64,000 bases of DNA from Camelus dromedarius. Lineage: Eukaryota. Numbering within the stretch: position 1 is the stretch's first letter; every line of letters starts with the position of its first letter. The translations under genes and the position numbers were made by a program. The notes under the pieces were generated by a model, which was not told the DNA's origin, ran no database searches, and worked only from the letters and a program-made list of their open reading frames with translations. The stretch lies in NCBI RefSeq assembly GCF_036321535.1, contig NC_087437.1, forward strand, positions 32,180,001-32,244,000. The letters are read 5' to 3'. Shown piece by piece: positions 12,491 to 25,889 of the stretch.

Positions 12491-13354
12491 TACAGAAGCC
12501 TCTCTGAGCAGATTACTAGTTTGAAAAAATTGGAAGATTTGCCTAACAACCAGTAATTTAGGTTCTGTTAATGAATAACTCACTTTAAGGAATCAAGGAA
12601 GTTTTCAGTTAATATCAGATGTAGGACCTTTTATCAGACAGGCATCAGTGAAAGGCTTGGAGAGGGATGGAAGGAGGAATGTAGTAGAATGAGATAGTAT
12701 TTAAACCAAATATGATAGAAGAAAAAATGCAACAAGAGAAAAAAAATAACTAGTCTGAATGAGCAAAAAGTCTAACTATGCTATTGGTATTGCTAGTGAA
12801 ACCCTGAAGAGCTGACTGAAGCATCCAGTAGCACTAGGGAATCTTTCCAAGTCAGCATTTTCCCTTCTTGTGCCCATCCAAATCGCTAATTCACTTCCTT
12901 TTACCATCCAAATATGGAATTCCTCTTCTCAGGCCGAATACACTGGGGACCCTTTACAAGTAGTCCTATATTTCCTTACATTTCTCTCTCTCTCTCTCTT
13001 TTAAGAAGAATGCTCTTCAAACCTCTAATGCATAAATTAATTGGTGGTACCCAGTGGATTGTTGTATCTGGAGGCACTTCTCTCCCTTTATGTGTATGAC
13101 ATGGGCTTTCTACCCTTATTGATCTGAGGTTTTGCCTACACACAAAGCAACAGAATATTTCTCAGCTTCTTCTAACTAGAACTTTCAGTCAAACGGAGTA
13201 TGTGAGCGTGGTGGGGTAGCACAGTGGGGAGAATAAGATGTAAGGTGACAACTAGAAATATCAATATTGCCATGTCATTGGCAGTCATGCTACTATGTAA
13301 ATAAACTGCTGGCTCAGTTAAAAGGCATTCTCATGAGATGAAGAGGACTTTCTC

Positions 13355-13800
13355 CTGTGTCTACTGCCCAATGTCCACTTATCCTACCTACTTCTGGTAA
13401 AAACTACACCCAAATTTTCCTTGGAAACCATGTCCCTTGGATAGAGTTGATTTACATAAATAGGTTGGATCTCAGCCAATCAGAAAAACTGCATTCTCCT
13501 CACCATAGTCATTAATTTAGGGGAGGTGTGTGACCCCTTCCAGCCCAATGAGAGTCAATATAAAGATGAATGTTTCGCTTTGAGGAGACAGTCTTTTCCT
13601 GCTCAACTGTAAGACATAAGGTCTGGTTTTTCTTGCCATCTTGCCACCCTGAAACCAAATCTTAGTGATTTTAAACCCCTTAAACCAGCTGCCCCTGACT
13701 TTCAAGATTCACTCTTCACTGTAAACTAATTCCTTGATAGCTTAAGTGATTTTAGGTTGGGTTTTCTGCCATTTACCACTGAAAAAGTTTTACTGAACAG
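13355..13800 (+). mobile_element. ERVL/MaLR-type LTR remnant (LTR16/MLT1-like)
   Basis: gccaatcaga, gtgtgacc...ccaatgaga, gccatcttgccacc and a terminal ttgggttttctgccattt...actgaaca. Confidence 0.55.
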
Positions 13801-14415
13801 AATCAGCTGAGCCAGGCTTGTGGGTTAGCTCCTCTGGGTCCCCACAAGGCAGCTTCTTGCAAAGGAAGTGGACTAGGAGACTCATCAGGAAACACCTATG
13901 ACAAATGAGCCCCTTCAATGACAACCACAGGCTTCTGTGGACAACAGGTAGAGACAGGAAAGGCCTACAAGGAATGTAGTTGTTCGTGTACTTGAAACTG
14001 GGACATTCTAAATTTATTCTTTTTAACCAGTTATATGTTCACTCCACTCTCCCAGATATTTCCTCTTTAACCACCTAAACTTGTTTGGTAGTTCCTAAGC
14101 CACGTACTGTTTGAACTTAATAAACCTAATCATGGAGTCCATCCATCCATGCAAATATTCATAAATGCCTTTGGGTAATTAGTTTCACAAAGTATTACTC
14201 TTTTTTTTTTTCCTCTCTCTGTTCCTGCCCAACTCCCACCCCTCCCCCCACTGGCGAACTTGAAAGAAACAATATTCTGTCTAACCACAAAGTCAAACTA
14301 AGATGTTGCCTTTAAAGAACATATGTAAGTTCTAAAACAACTTTAAATGTATAAATTACATATAAATACTGAGAATTACTGGATGATTCCACTTTCTATA
14401 AATAATTTTTCTTAC

Positions 14416-14700
14416 CTGAAACTGCTGACATGTTTCCATTTCTGAATGCAACAAGAGAATCACTCTATCACTCTTACCTGCCCAGAGAGTCCTTCAAGCC
14501 CAAGCTGGAATGCCAGAAAGCGTGCAAGCAAGTGGAAGGCCTGACCACACGGAGGAGAGATTTGGGGCTTCACAAAGTGTTACCAGTGAAGATCCACCAG
14601 CCCAACCAGTTCGTTTCAAGTGAAGAGAATATGGGTCTGCTCACAACGCCACCTTGTCTATCAAGTGAACTGCATCAAACCTTGGGATAGTAAATATCCA
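14416..14700 (-). other. Candidate further upstream exon with two CAG|GTAAG donors
   Basis: Minus-strand donors ttCAG|GTAAGA (exon end 14416) and ggCAG|GTAAGA (exon end 14478) in non-repetitive sequence. Confidence 0.3.
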
Positions 14701-14989
14701 TGAGAAGGCAAAAAAAAAAAAAAAGTTCCACTGAACCGTTTCTGGGTTCAGCCTCCAGCTTGCAAGAGTCTATTAGAGGCACAGAAACACAAAGATCCAG
14801 GAACTCCCTTTGAGCTCAGCAAAATAACACATAGTTTGAACCACGAGTCTTCTGTTTTGTTTTTGTTTTTTTTTAAGGAAGAGGAGAATAAAGACCTGTG
14901 GCTAGGTTTATTGTCTGTTTCATTATAATAAAGGCTATTTTGATTTTTAAAATACAGTATTAAAAGTAGTATCTTTTACTCCCAAATTA

Positions 14990-16150
14990 GAGAGGACTCA
15001 TTATTCTCCCAAACTAGCTCCTCCTCCTGTGTTTCTTGTCTTGGTGAAGGACCCTCACCATCCACTAAGCACATAAACCGGAAAGCTGGACATCATCTAC
15101 TTCTCTTTCCATTTCCTACTCGCATACAAGGATCCTATCACATCCTGGGTTCTGTCCATTCTGTGTCCTCAACGTTCTTTATGATACGTGGGGGATAGAT
15201 CCTAAGGTGACCCTCCGTGTTCCATTTTCTGATATCCACGCCCTGTGTAATATTCCCCCCTTGAGCAATTTGGCCCCCATCGCCCTCTCAAACTTCCTTC
15301 TACTGCTCGTGCACACACAACCCAACGTAGTAAAGTTAAAATGTTCTGAATATATCCAGGAACTTGTCACCTTTCACTGTATACTATTATTACTACTATG
15401 TGATCAAAACACCATTATTTCACATCTCACTTGGATTACTGCAATAGCTCCTTGGCTTCTGTTCTTGTCTTGTTAAAATATAGTCTTAACAGGACATATA
15501 GATAATCCTATGAAAATACAAGTCAGAACTGACTCCCTTCTGTTCTATACTCTGCAATGGAATGGCTCTCTGTCTCACCCTGACTCAGAGCCAAAGTCTT
15601 TTCAATGATCAGCAAAGCCTTACATGATACAGCTTCCCCCTTCTCGCTCCTTATCCACAACTTCATCTCCTACCACTCTTGCTTTTTGCTCTCTCTGCTC
15701 CAGCCACACGGGAGCTACACAGTCTCCTTGCTGTTCTGTGGACACAGTAGATATATTCCCACCAGAGGGTATTTGTATTTGTTGTTTCCTCTGCCTGGGA
15801 GGCCCTAACCCCAGAGGTTCATATGGCTGGCTCCTTCACTTCTTTAATATCTTTACCCACACATCACCTTAGCATGCTCTCCCTGACCACTGTCTGTAAA
15901 AAAGTGACACTCCCTGCCTTCCCCGCATGACTCAGTCCCTGCTTTATTTGTAAATTTTTGTCCATACACTATCATCTGACATGCTGTATATTTACTTATT
16001 TCTTTTTTTTATTACCCTCTCCCTCATCACCCCTCCAAAACTATAAAACTTCATGAGGGCAGGGACTTTGTTCAGCTGATTCCCTAAAGTTCAACAAGGT
16101 GTCTGGCTCATAATATGGACCTGGGTTGTTGAATAAACTTTGAATAAATA
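14990..16150 (+). mobile_element. L2 LINE 3' region
   Basis: ggattactgcaatagctcc, ccaaagtctt, catgagggcagggactttg and the terminal gttgttgaataaa...gaataaat. Confidence 0.75.
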
Positions 16151-17059
16151 AGTGAAGGTAATTTAAGCTCAATCAGACTCTCCATGCAAGACTCTAATTT
16201 AGAAGTGAACAACTTCATGAAGCATAGCTGTGTAGAACCCACTTTGTCATTGAGTTTGGTAGCAGAAACATCCAACTTTCACGGGCATGAGTGGTTGCAA
16301 GGTTATGGTATTGGCTCAGCACTGGCACCTGTGGGGCCAGGACACCAGTGGTTTCCCACAGCTCCCAGAGCAGGAGCAGCAGGGACTTTCTCACCTGTTC
16401 TCCAGTGTGGTTTCGATCCTCCAGTCCTCCTAGCATTCTGAGAACTCTCAATATGGATTTTTAATACAAATCCATTTCTGTGTAATCAACGAGAAATTGC
16501 TTTTGCAGCTTCCAACTAAAAATATGGACTGATGCTACAGCCATCATTCTCCCTTTTGCTCCTGTGCCTTGCACCTGCCAGCCCCTCTACCTGGAACACC
16601 CTTGTCTGTTTATAAAATGCCAGCTCATCCTTTCACCATGATTCTTACCTCTTCCTCTCTGTTAAGATACTCATAGCAAGTATAGCTGACCTCATCTTCT
16701 TTTGTTTCCACAGGGCACTTGTACAGAAGGCTACCATATTAATTTTACTCTCTCCCACTAGCTGACAAACCCTCATGGGCATGGCCCAGGACCAATTCAT
16801 CTGAGGAACTTCAGCTGTAGCCTACTATCTGGCAGAGAGGAGGAATTCAATAAAAATTTCATGAATAAAGGCTTCCTTTATAAAGGCATCAATAAGGCAA
16901 TAATGCTATAATTGAAAAGAATTCTGGTGCAGAAGCAAAGAGATGCATAGCAAATAAATCCATTTGGCTGAGACATAATTATTTTCTTGTTATGTTGGCA
17001 AATTAAAAAAACTTTTTCTCAATACTACTAAAGAGGAAGAAAGAGGCATAGCCTCTTAC

Positions 17060-17430
17060 TGAAAAAACTCTAATCAGGCTGATAGGAAAAACAGAGAGAT
17101 GATACAAATTACCAATCTCAGGAATAAAAGAGTTGACATCACTACAGATTCTATAGATATATTAAAAGAATAATAATAAAATATTATAAAAACTTTATGT
17201 CAATAAATTTGACAATTTAGATGAAATGGACAATTTTTTGAAGGACAAAAACTGTTAAAGTTCATTCAAGAAAAAAATAAGTAACCAGAATAGCCCCATA
17301 TTTATTTATCTAAAATTGGAATTATAGTTAAAAACATTCACATGAAGAAAACTTGAGACACAGATATACATTCTACAAAACAGCTTAAGAAATGAATAAT
17401 ATCAACTGTATATAAATACTTTCCGAAATT
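17060..17430 (+). mobile_element. Old L1 ORF2 fragment
   Basis: caaattaccaat...gacatcactacagattcta...aatttagatgaaatggacaatt, a degenerate ORF2 segment. Confidence 0.8.
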
Positions 17431-17609
17431 TTACTTCACAATAAAATGCTTTGGGAGCTACTCATATATAAATTGTAAATAAATATCTATAGATGTATAA
17501 ATATATAGATATACCTTTTAGTGACTGATTGCATTTCACCCAATGAACATAGTACATTCTATTTATCCATTTCTCTACTGATGAAGTGGTAAGTGGTGGG
17601 CAGGATTTT

Positions 17610-17880
17610 ACTGACACACAATGTGGAGTTGGGATTGAAAGAACACAGTCAGGCCAGGCTGCCTGGGTTCTCATCCATTTCTACCATTTACTAGCCTCAC
17701 GATTTTGGGCAACAATCTTAACCTTTTTTTTGGTATGTCAGGCTTTATTTCTATCTATAAGGCAAGCATATTAATGTACCGATCTGCTATAGCTGTTGTG
17801 AGAAATATCTGAGGTAATATTTATAAAGTGCTTAGAACCATGCATGGAATGTAGTAAGTGCTACATGAGTGTTTGTTAAA
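17610..17880 (+). mobile_element. MIR SINE
   Basis: ggctgcctgggttc...taccatttactag...aaagtgcttagaaccatgcatggaatgtagtaagtgct. Confidence 0.75.
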
Positions 17881-17900
17881 TACACACCGAAAGGATCATC

Positions 17901-17990
17901 CTTTTTTTTTTTTTTTTAAACATTTTTTTATTGAGTTATAGTCATTTTACAATGTGTCAATTTCCAGTGTAGAGCACAGTTTTTCAGTAG
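17901..17990 (-). mobile_element. Short 5'-truncated young L1 3' end with poly(A)
   Basis: T-tract followed by ttttattgagttatagtcattttacaatgtgtcaatttccagtgtagagcac. Imperfect flanking duplication aggatcatcctttt / aggaacattctttt. Confidence 0.7.
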
Positions 17991-18289
17991 GAACATTCTT
18001 TTAAGTGTGTCCTGGTGCAGAAACTTGTCCAGGATACACCCCAGAAGTGAAATTTCTGGGTTGTAGGGAATGGAATGCATATTTTTAATTTTATTAAACA
18101 TTTATAAATTACACCTCAAAATGGCAGTACCAACCAATACTTCCACAAGAAGGGAGCATTGTTGTCACATGCCTGACAACACTTTAGAAAGACTGTTTAA
18201 TTTGACCTGTTGGATGAAAATGGTGTCTTTTGTGTATTAATTTGCCTTCTATCGATAAGAGATGAGCTTAAACAAATTAAACAAAAAAA

Positions 18290-18376
18290 TTTTTTAATGG
18301 AGGTGCTGGGGATTGAACCTAGAACCTTGAGCAAGCTAAGCATGTGCTCTACCACTAAGCTATCTCCCTCCTCCAT
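18290..18376 (-). mobile_element. tRNA-derived SINE (camelid Vic-1-like)
   Basis: The reverse complement has an A box (tagcttagtgg) and a B box (ggttcaatcc). It is flanked by an aaaaaaatttt direct repeat. Confidence 0.85.
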
Positions 18377-20474
18377 AAAAAAATTTTAAATGCCAAATAT
18401 ATTTATAATTCCTCTTCTGTTAAATTCCTATTCAGATACATATTCTTTTCATGGATTTGTATGGAGTGTCCTTTTCTTACTAATTTGAATAAATATTTTA
18501 CATTTTGTAGATACTAAGGCTTTGTTTGTCTGTTACATGTGTTGCAATTATATTTAACTTACATTTCACCTTTGTTTGGTGGGGGGAGTCTTCTATTAAA
18601 AAGTTTTGTTTTGTTTCATTTTAAAATTTAAAAATGTAACTCATTCATATAGTTCAGAAAATTTTAAATATGTATTAAAAGGTGTATAGTGAAAAAATAC
18701 CTTCACACCCTGGTCCTGCATCTACTTAGTTCCTGCTCAAACTTCTGCTACCAGAAATATATGTCCTTCCAAAGTGTCTTAATTCAAATACAAATATAAA
18801 TAGATATTTTATTTCCCCAATTTTACATAAAGAGTAATCTGCTATATACACTCTCTTCTGCATATAACTTTAATCACTTAATATATCTTGGCGCTCTTTC
18901 ACATCAACATATAGAGAGCTTATTCATTCTTTTTAAAGCTACATATTATTCTACTGTATGGATACACAACAACTTATTTAATAATGGGCATTAAGGAATT
19001 CCAGTCTTTCTTCATTTCTAAAAACAAAGTAGAATTAGAAGCTTTTAGCTTTAAAAAATTCATCTTTCCTTTTATGGTTTATGCTTTTTATGTTTTATCT
19101 AAGAAATCCTTCCCTACCTGAGTTCATAAAGAAATATTCTTCTTCTATATTTCTTTTCTAAAATATGTAGAGATTTTTCATATTTAGGTTTTAATGCAAA
19201 ATTTATTTTTTGCTTATAATGTGAAGTAGGAATCTAGTTTTATTAGAATATATATAATATATATAATTTTTTAGCACAATTTTTTTGTAAATAGTCTGAT
19301 CTTTACCCATTGATTTATGATACCAGCTCTGTTACAGTCCAAGTTTACGTATATGTTTGGGTCTATTTCAAGAGTGCCTATTATTTTCCATTGATCTATT
19401 TATTTTTCTCTGTGCCAATACTACACTGTTTTGATGATCTTAGCTTTTTAATATGTCTTGCATATGTCTTTAATATGTACTGCATATGTCTTTAATACTG
19501 TATGGAAAGAGTACTCCTTTGTTCTTTCTTTTTGAAATTGTCTTGGCAATTCTTTGACCTTTATAATTCTCTGACCACATAAATTTTAGACTCAGTTAAT
19601 ATTTTTCATAGAAATCAATTTGAGATCTTCATTAGAACTGTAATTAAAATTATATGGTTTATAATGAATTTTACAGATTACTTGGGAAGTGCTGATGGCC
19701 TTTCAATGTTGATTTATTTAATTCATGAGCAAGATACAATTTCCACTTAATTCAAGTTCTCTTTTATATTACTCAATAAACTATTACTTATTTTTTATAA
19801 AGTTTATGTATGTATTTGTAGGGTTTGTTCCTAGATAATTTATAATTTAGGAATTGTATAATTTTTTGTGATTCTTTTTTTAAAATTACATTTTGCATTT
19901 TACTTTTCCTAGTGTGAGGGAACCTTAAAGATATTTGTGTATTAATCTTGTATCTACAACCTTGTTGAATCCTTTTATTAGCTTTAAAAGTTTGTCTATA
20001 GAGATTGTTGAATGTAGACCATCTTATCATCTGTAAATAAAGACAGTTGTATCCATTTCCCTCCCTAATTTATACTTCTTTTTTATTCATTTGTACCCCT
20101 TCTCATTTTTTTTTAACCTATCTTGCCATTAGTCATTTCAAAGAACCAAGTTCAGGTTTGTTGGTCAATCCTATTTTTCTTTCCAGCTTCTATTTCATTA
20201 ACTTCTGTTTTCCTCTCCATTGTTTATTTTCTACAAATTTCATTGAATTTATATTTTTCCCCCGGCCCCTTGGAATCTCTAGCTTATTCATATATACTTT
20301 TTAGTTTCCTAAAATATTTCCTTTAAATTGTATTTATAGATTTTATACTCTTATCTTTATTACTTCCTTTATTCTACTTTCTATGGGTTTATCTTGCTAT
20401 TCTTTTCTATTTTCCTGACTTTGAAGTTGAGGTTATTGATTTTCAGCCCTTCTTCATTATTCATATTTGCCTCT

Positions 20475-20980
20475 TGTCGACTGAAATAAAATCACACAAC
20501 ATGAGAGCTGTGGGTTAAGTTTTGTTTGGGGCAAAATGAGAACTAATGCCTGGAAAACAGCATCTCAGAAACCTCTTAGAAACTGTTTCAAAGAGGCAGG
20601 GAGAAAACTCAGTATCATATATGATTTCAGTGAAGGGGGGAAGTGCAGTCAATCACACGTTTAGGCAGAGGCTCGCTGCTAGTCACAGGGAGCAGATGTC
20701 ACCGTTAATGATTCTAGTGCTTTTCTAGGTATGAGGAGACACAAGAATTAGGGTCATAAAATCTCCTGAAAATATCTAACTGTCTGAAGGCCTGTTCGAC
20801 CAGTTTTCCCAGAGTACAGAGTGCTTCGTTCCCGACCTCCATCCTGAGCTCCTTCCAGGGTGTGTTGAAGGTCAGCAGCCGCAGCAGCTTGTGACTTAAT
20901 CCAAGCAGAGTTAGATGGCAAATGCCAACGCGATCCAATCCTTATAGAGGCAGATGGCAAGTGCCAATTTTTCGTTAGCA
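20475..20980 (-). mobile_element. Solo ERV1 LTR, MER41-like (artiodactyl type)
   Basis: A ~505-nt block bounded by TG...CA, more GC-rich than the host L1, starting tgtcgactgaaataaaatcacacaac. It has an internal direct repeat agatggcaa(a/g)tgccaa near the right end. Confidence 0.7.
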
Positions 20981-23900
20981 TCTTTAAACCTGTAAATTTC
21001 CTTTTAAGTATGGTTTTAGCTGTCTTTCATTAGTTTTGATATGCTGTACTTTAGTTACCATTTAGCTCAAAATATTTTCCATTTTCATCATGACTTATTT
21101 GACCCATGAATTATTTAGAAGTTTACTGTTTACTTTCCAAACATTTATAGATTTTCTAGTTGCCTTTTTATTCCCCCACTGGGGCAGAGAATCCACTCTA
21201 TTCAATCCTTCAAAATGTTTTGAACCTTGTTTTATGTCTCAGCACACGGTCATTTAAAAAACGCTTGCATGTTGGATTCACTGTTCTGTTTATGTACATT
21301 AGGATCAAGTTTACACATTTGTTTTCTGAGTCTTATAGTATTACTCTTTATATGGTTTTTAAATTAGATATTTCAAGGTTACAATTTTTCAAAATGTTTT
21401 GGAAATCGTCCATTTCTCCTTTTGTCTCTTTTTAAAGATCTGTATATTTTGTAATTATACTATTATGAAGTTCTGTTATACTTAGATAGAAAATTAGAAT
21501 TGTTATCACTCTGTGGATGAAAACTTTTATTATTATGAAGTGTCCCTTACCTATAATAACGCTTTTTCTTCTAAAGTCACCTTTGTTTGCCAATATATAA
21601 CTATGCAGAGTTTCTTGTAGTTAATATTCGTATGCTCTATCTCCTAATTTCAACTTCTATTTATCCTTATGTTTTGGATATGTCTCTTTTTTACATCACA
21701 TGTTTTCTTCCCCCTCAATCTGATCACTTTTTTCTTTTAATCAGAACATTTAAACTATTTTCATTTAATCCAAGTACTTATATATTTGAGTTTAAATTTA
21801 TCATTTTAGTATTTGTTTTCTATTTGTTCTATTTGTTTTGTGATTCTTTTTCTCTTCTTTCCTGCTTTTGTTTGATTGACCATTTTTATTTCTTTTTTCT
21901 CCTCAATAGCCCTGGAAATTACATATTCATTTACTGTTTTTAGTACTTTTTTGGAGAATATAATATGTATAGATGTATACTATGTAATATGTGTATATAT
22001 ATAGTGTGTGTATATACCTTCACACGGCTTTATTATTTCAGCAATGACATTATGATGTGCTTAGGTGTGGATTTCTTTTAATTTATCTGGCACTTGGGAT
22101 TCATAGGGTTTCTTGAATTTGTGGTTAGAGACCACTTTAGAATTTTTCAGCCATTGTCTCTTCAAATATTACTCCTGTCCTATTTCCTCTCCCTCTTTTC
22201 CTTCTGGGTCTTTAATTACATGTATGATAGACTCCTTACAGTATTTTTTTGTTTCTCAATTTTCACATATTGTTTCCATTCTTTGACTTTCTGTTCTTCA
22301 TTCTGGACATTCTTTTCTGATCTTTCAGTTTATTAATTATCTCATTAGCTGTATCTAATATATTGTCCCATCCATTAAATTTTTCATTTTAATAACTATT
22401 TTGTTTTTTGTTTCTAGAATTTTCATTTTTTAAACATGTAGCTTCCAATTCCCTGCCAAGTTTTTAGTTGTGTCCTTTTTTCTCTCCTTGAATATACTGA
22501 GAAAAATTATTTTAAAGTCTGTACCTAATAAATCCAATATCTGGAGACCCAGTGAGTCCATTTCTGTTGGATGGTTTCTTTTCCTCTTGTTTTTATTTAG
22601 ATACCATTTTCTTCTTGTATGTTTGGTTATTTGCGTGTGTGTGTGTATATGTGTTTCTGTGTGTAAGTGAATGGACATTGTATTTACAAAATGGATTATA
22701 AAAATAATTTGAAACTAAAGGTGTCTTCTCAGGAAGACGATTCACATTTGCTCATCTTTAGCATTGGTATCACCTCAATCCAATTATCGGTATTGAGATA
22801 AGTTGAAAACTTCATTTCCTCTATTTCCAGTTTACCTTATCCCTAGGGTCCAGCTCTTCAGGATTTCTACAGAAGTTTCTACAAGTCCCCTTCCCTTATT
22901 GGTAAGTCTTAGATGCTAATGCCTATTTCCCGTTCTCTGTGTAGCTGTGAAAATTAATGTTCAGGTTCTCTGCCTCTTAGACTTTCAGGTTCCTTTTTGA
23001 ATCTGCAGGAGCCCCCCCAGGAAAAAATGGCCCTCAAAGCCAGGTTCACCTTCCTGGTCTTCAATCCTCCTCCACATCTTGGCTCACTGATACTTTATTA
23101 TCTTTTTGACTTTTCAGTGCCTTGAAACATATTTTTTTCCCAAACAGCTAAAAAATTATTTTGTCTGGATTTTATTGTTTTCATCAGATAAACCGCTCAG
23201 ATTTACCTAGACTATGCTGAAAGTGGAGTTCTAAAACAGTTAAGTTTTTCTCCTCAAAATGCATTGTTTGTTTTTCACAGTTTAGAAAATTAATCTACAC
23301 ATGCACTGAGATTATACTAAAATTGCACTTACAGATTTTCAAAAATTATTTCTATAACCTTAGTTTTAATCGTTCAAGAGTTCACATTGTGTGGACACTG
23401 AACAAAGAAGTAATTTGCCTTGAAAAGTGTTTGAATGCCAGTTATGCTTTACCAGCATACATACCTTGGTTCTTTATAACCAATGGCAATTCAGTTGCCA
23501 GGGAAACACATGACCTAGCTCCTTTATCCCTGAGCTATCATAACAGATTTCTACCTAAATTTTCAAGGATGAAACAATGGCCAACTTTCTTAACTAAAGG
23601 GGATTTCAGAAAAGAACTAGTAAGGCTGATAAGAAACATATGCTAAGAAGGTAAGAACACAAAATTAAGTACTTTTTATGTTGGTACCATTGTCTTTATC
23701 TTTATTACCTCATAAAGAATAGTTTGTAGACTGGATACAACCCCCATTCCTAATGTGCTTCATTATTAAAACAACACTTAATTAAGTGGTGGACAAAGCC
23801 AGAAACATGCGATGGTTTAAGGAAATCTCTTAGGTTATTTTCAGATGTTTCTAGTTTGGAAAAAGCCAAAGCATATTTTGTTCAGCACATTTTATTCCTA

Positions 23901-24439
23901 TGTGTATTATAAGGGAAATCTAACCCATGTGTTTTATTTCATTAATATTTTGCCAAGTTAAATGGTTCTTTTGCAAGATATATTTAATGTTAAGTTATTT
24001 TTATGAGGCTTTTTTCCTTGGATTATGAATTCATATGTCACCTAAAGTAAGTATACTTTGATCCAAATACCTTGTAGTTATGAAGTCAGAAACCCACAAG
24101 ACTTGGGTGATTTCCCAACAGTGCCAAGTGCAATATTTCATTTCTACCACTAACATCATGATTTTTTCCTCATATTTGTCAATCAGCGCTTATTGAGAAA
24201 ACAACAGAGTTATTCTTCGTTTTAAGCCCTGCTTTTTGATAAATGTCCAAAGGAGGCTTTGGCTCAATTCAACATGGGGCACTAGCTTCAAATTGTGGCA
24301 GAGATCTTAAGTGTATGGTTTGTATACTGTCTGAATCACACCTGTGATTACTCAGAAGTATGATATAAGTGGGCACGTCAGAGGTCTTGATGACTACTAA
24401 CCCATAAGAGTGGCAAAAATCACAGGTGAAAATATGAGG

Positions 24440-25140
24440 CAACAGAAACTTTCAATCAATGCTGGTGGGTGTGCAAATTAGTAAACTGCTGTAGAAAACA
24501 TTTATTATCTAGCAAAGTTGCAAATGTGCATGCGCTATAACCCAACAATTCCACTCCTGGGTTTAGTCCCAGAGAAACTTGCACATGTGAACCAGGAGAC
24601 ATGAACAAGAAAGATCACAGTGTCATAATAACAAAAAACTGGAAACAATTTGAATTATCAATCAATAGGCAAAATGGATATGTTAAGCTGTGATAATCAT
24701 ACAAGAGGATTGTAAAAAGCAATGGAAATAAATAAATTATAGACACATATATTATCAATATGGATGAATCTCAAAAACAGAGTGCTGAATGAAAAAAAAA
24801 CAAGTCATACAAGAAAAAATGTAGCATTATATTTGCATAAAGTTTAAATATATGCAAAGAATTTAGGGTTTAATAATATGTACAAATATGTAACACTGTG
24901 AGCAAAACTTATGAAATGATATAAATAAAATTCAGGATAGTCATTACTTCACATGGGGTGATAGAAATTTGAGGGGATAAGATACAGGAAGAGCTAAGAT
25001 TTCTTTCATTTTCTATTTTTCAAATCTGTGTGGTGTGTGTATACAAGTTTTTGTTTTATCATTATTTTCATACTTTAAAATATGTTATAAATATTATTTT
25101 GTATTTATCCAACCTTAAAAAAGTAATTTAAAAAGTGCAG
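24440..25140 (+). mobile_element. Old L1 (L1ME-type) 3' end
   Basis: gctggtgggtgtgcaaattagta, cccaacaattccactcctggg, atggatgaatctcaaaaac, aaattcaggatagt. Confidence 0.75.
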
Positions 25141-25889
25141 ATTTAAGCATGCAATCTACATACTGGATTATTTACCTACTACTTCAATTCTCATGAAACT
25201 AAAGCAAAGGTACAGTCTGTCAGAGTTGAGTTATGTGCTTAATGCTTCCCTTCCTGTTCTGACTTTTCAAAAAAAAAAAAAATCCCTTTGGGTTCATTCT
25301 ATGTCTTACATAACTGGGCTATTTCTTATATTTGGGGATTAGATTAAATACTGTTAGGCAGCTTCTGTCATTCTGCATAAGTAGTAATGATTACTCTATC
25401 AGAAAAAAACTATAGTAACATAGCGTAGCAGTTAGCGTTTGACAAGCAAGTCTCTGCGGTGTGCTACAGCTGTCAGTGTAGCCATTAGTAACATGAAGAC
25501 ACAATGAGCTAAATTCTGCAAGAGAATAGACCTCTCCCTCGTTAAGAGAAGAGTGAATTCTTTCCAAACAACAGGGAATCTCTTTATTATGTAGAATCAA
25601 TTATTCACAAGCTCAGGCTGGCCAGCCTCCTTCCCTCCCCACACCCTTCTTTACTTTTTTTCCCTTCCTCTCTTCCTTTTTTTCTTTCATTTATCATATT
25701 AAATATCTATTATGTGCCAGATGCCAAATATTCATGTATACGCTGCTGTCCCAGAAGAATTAACAGGACCTTTGGCAATGCATGTACTGCAGTCACACTT
25801 TCTGTTTCTCTCTGGCACAGAATGACACTTACTTTGGTCTATCAAGGGATATCATCACAATTTTTGCCAAATTTGTTAGCTACAGAATT

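Larger units (their letters stand above)
17500..23230 (-). mobile_element. Fragmented old L1 (L1M/L1ME-type) block with nested MIR, SINE, LTR and young L1 tail
   Basis: Long T-rich antisense L1 sequence (aagaaatccttccctacc, ctgtgccaatactacactgttttgatga, aatcttgtatctacaaccttgttgaat, tttcagccattgtctcttcaaata). Confidence 0.75.

Noticed and set aside
19445..19497. Short tandem duplications (22-mer here; also ~27535-27567 and ~51500-51521)
   Set aside because: Two-copy slippage duplications inside L1 debris; no spacer structure, not CRISPR-like.
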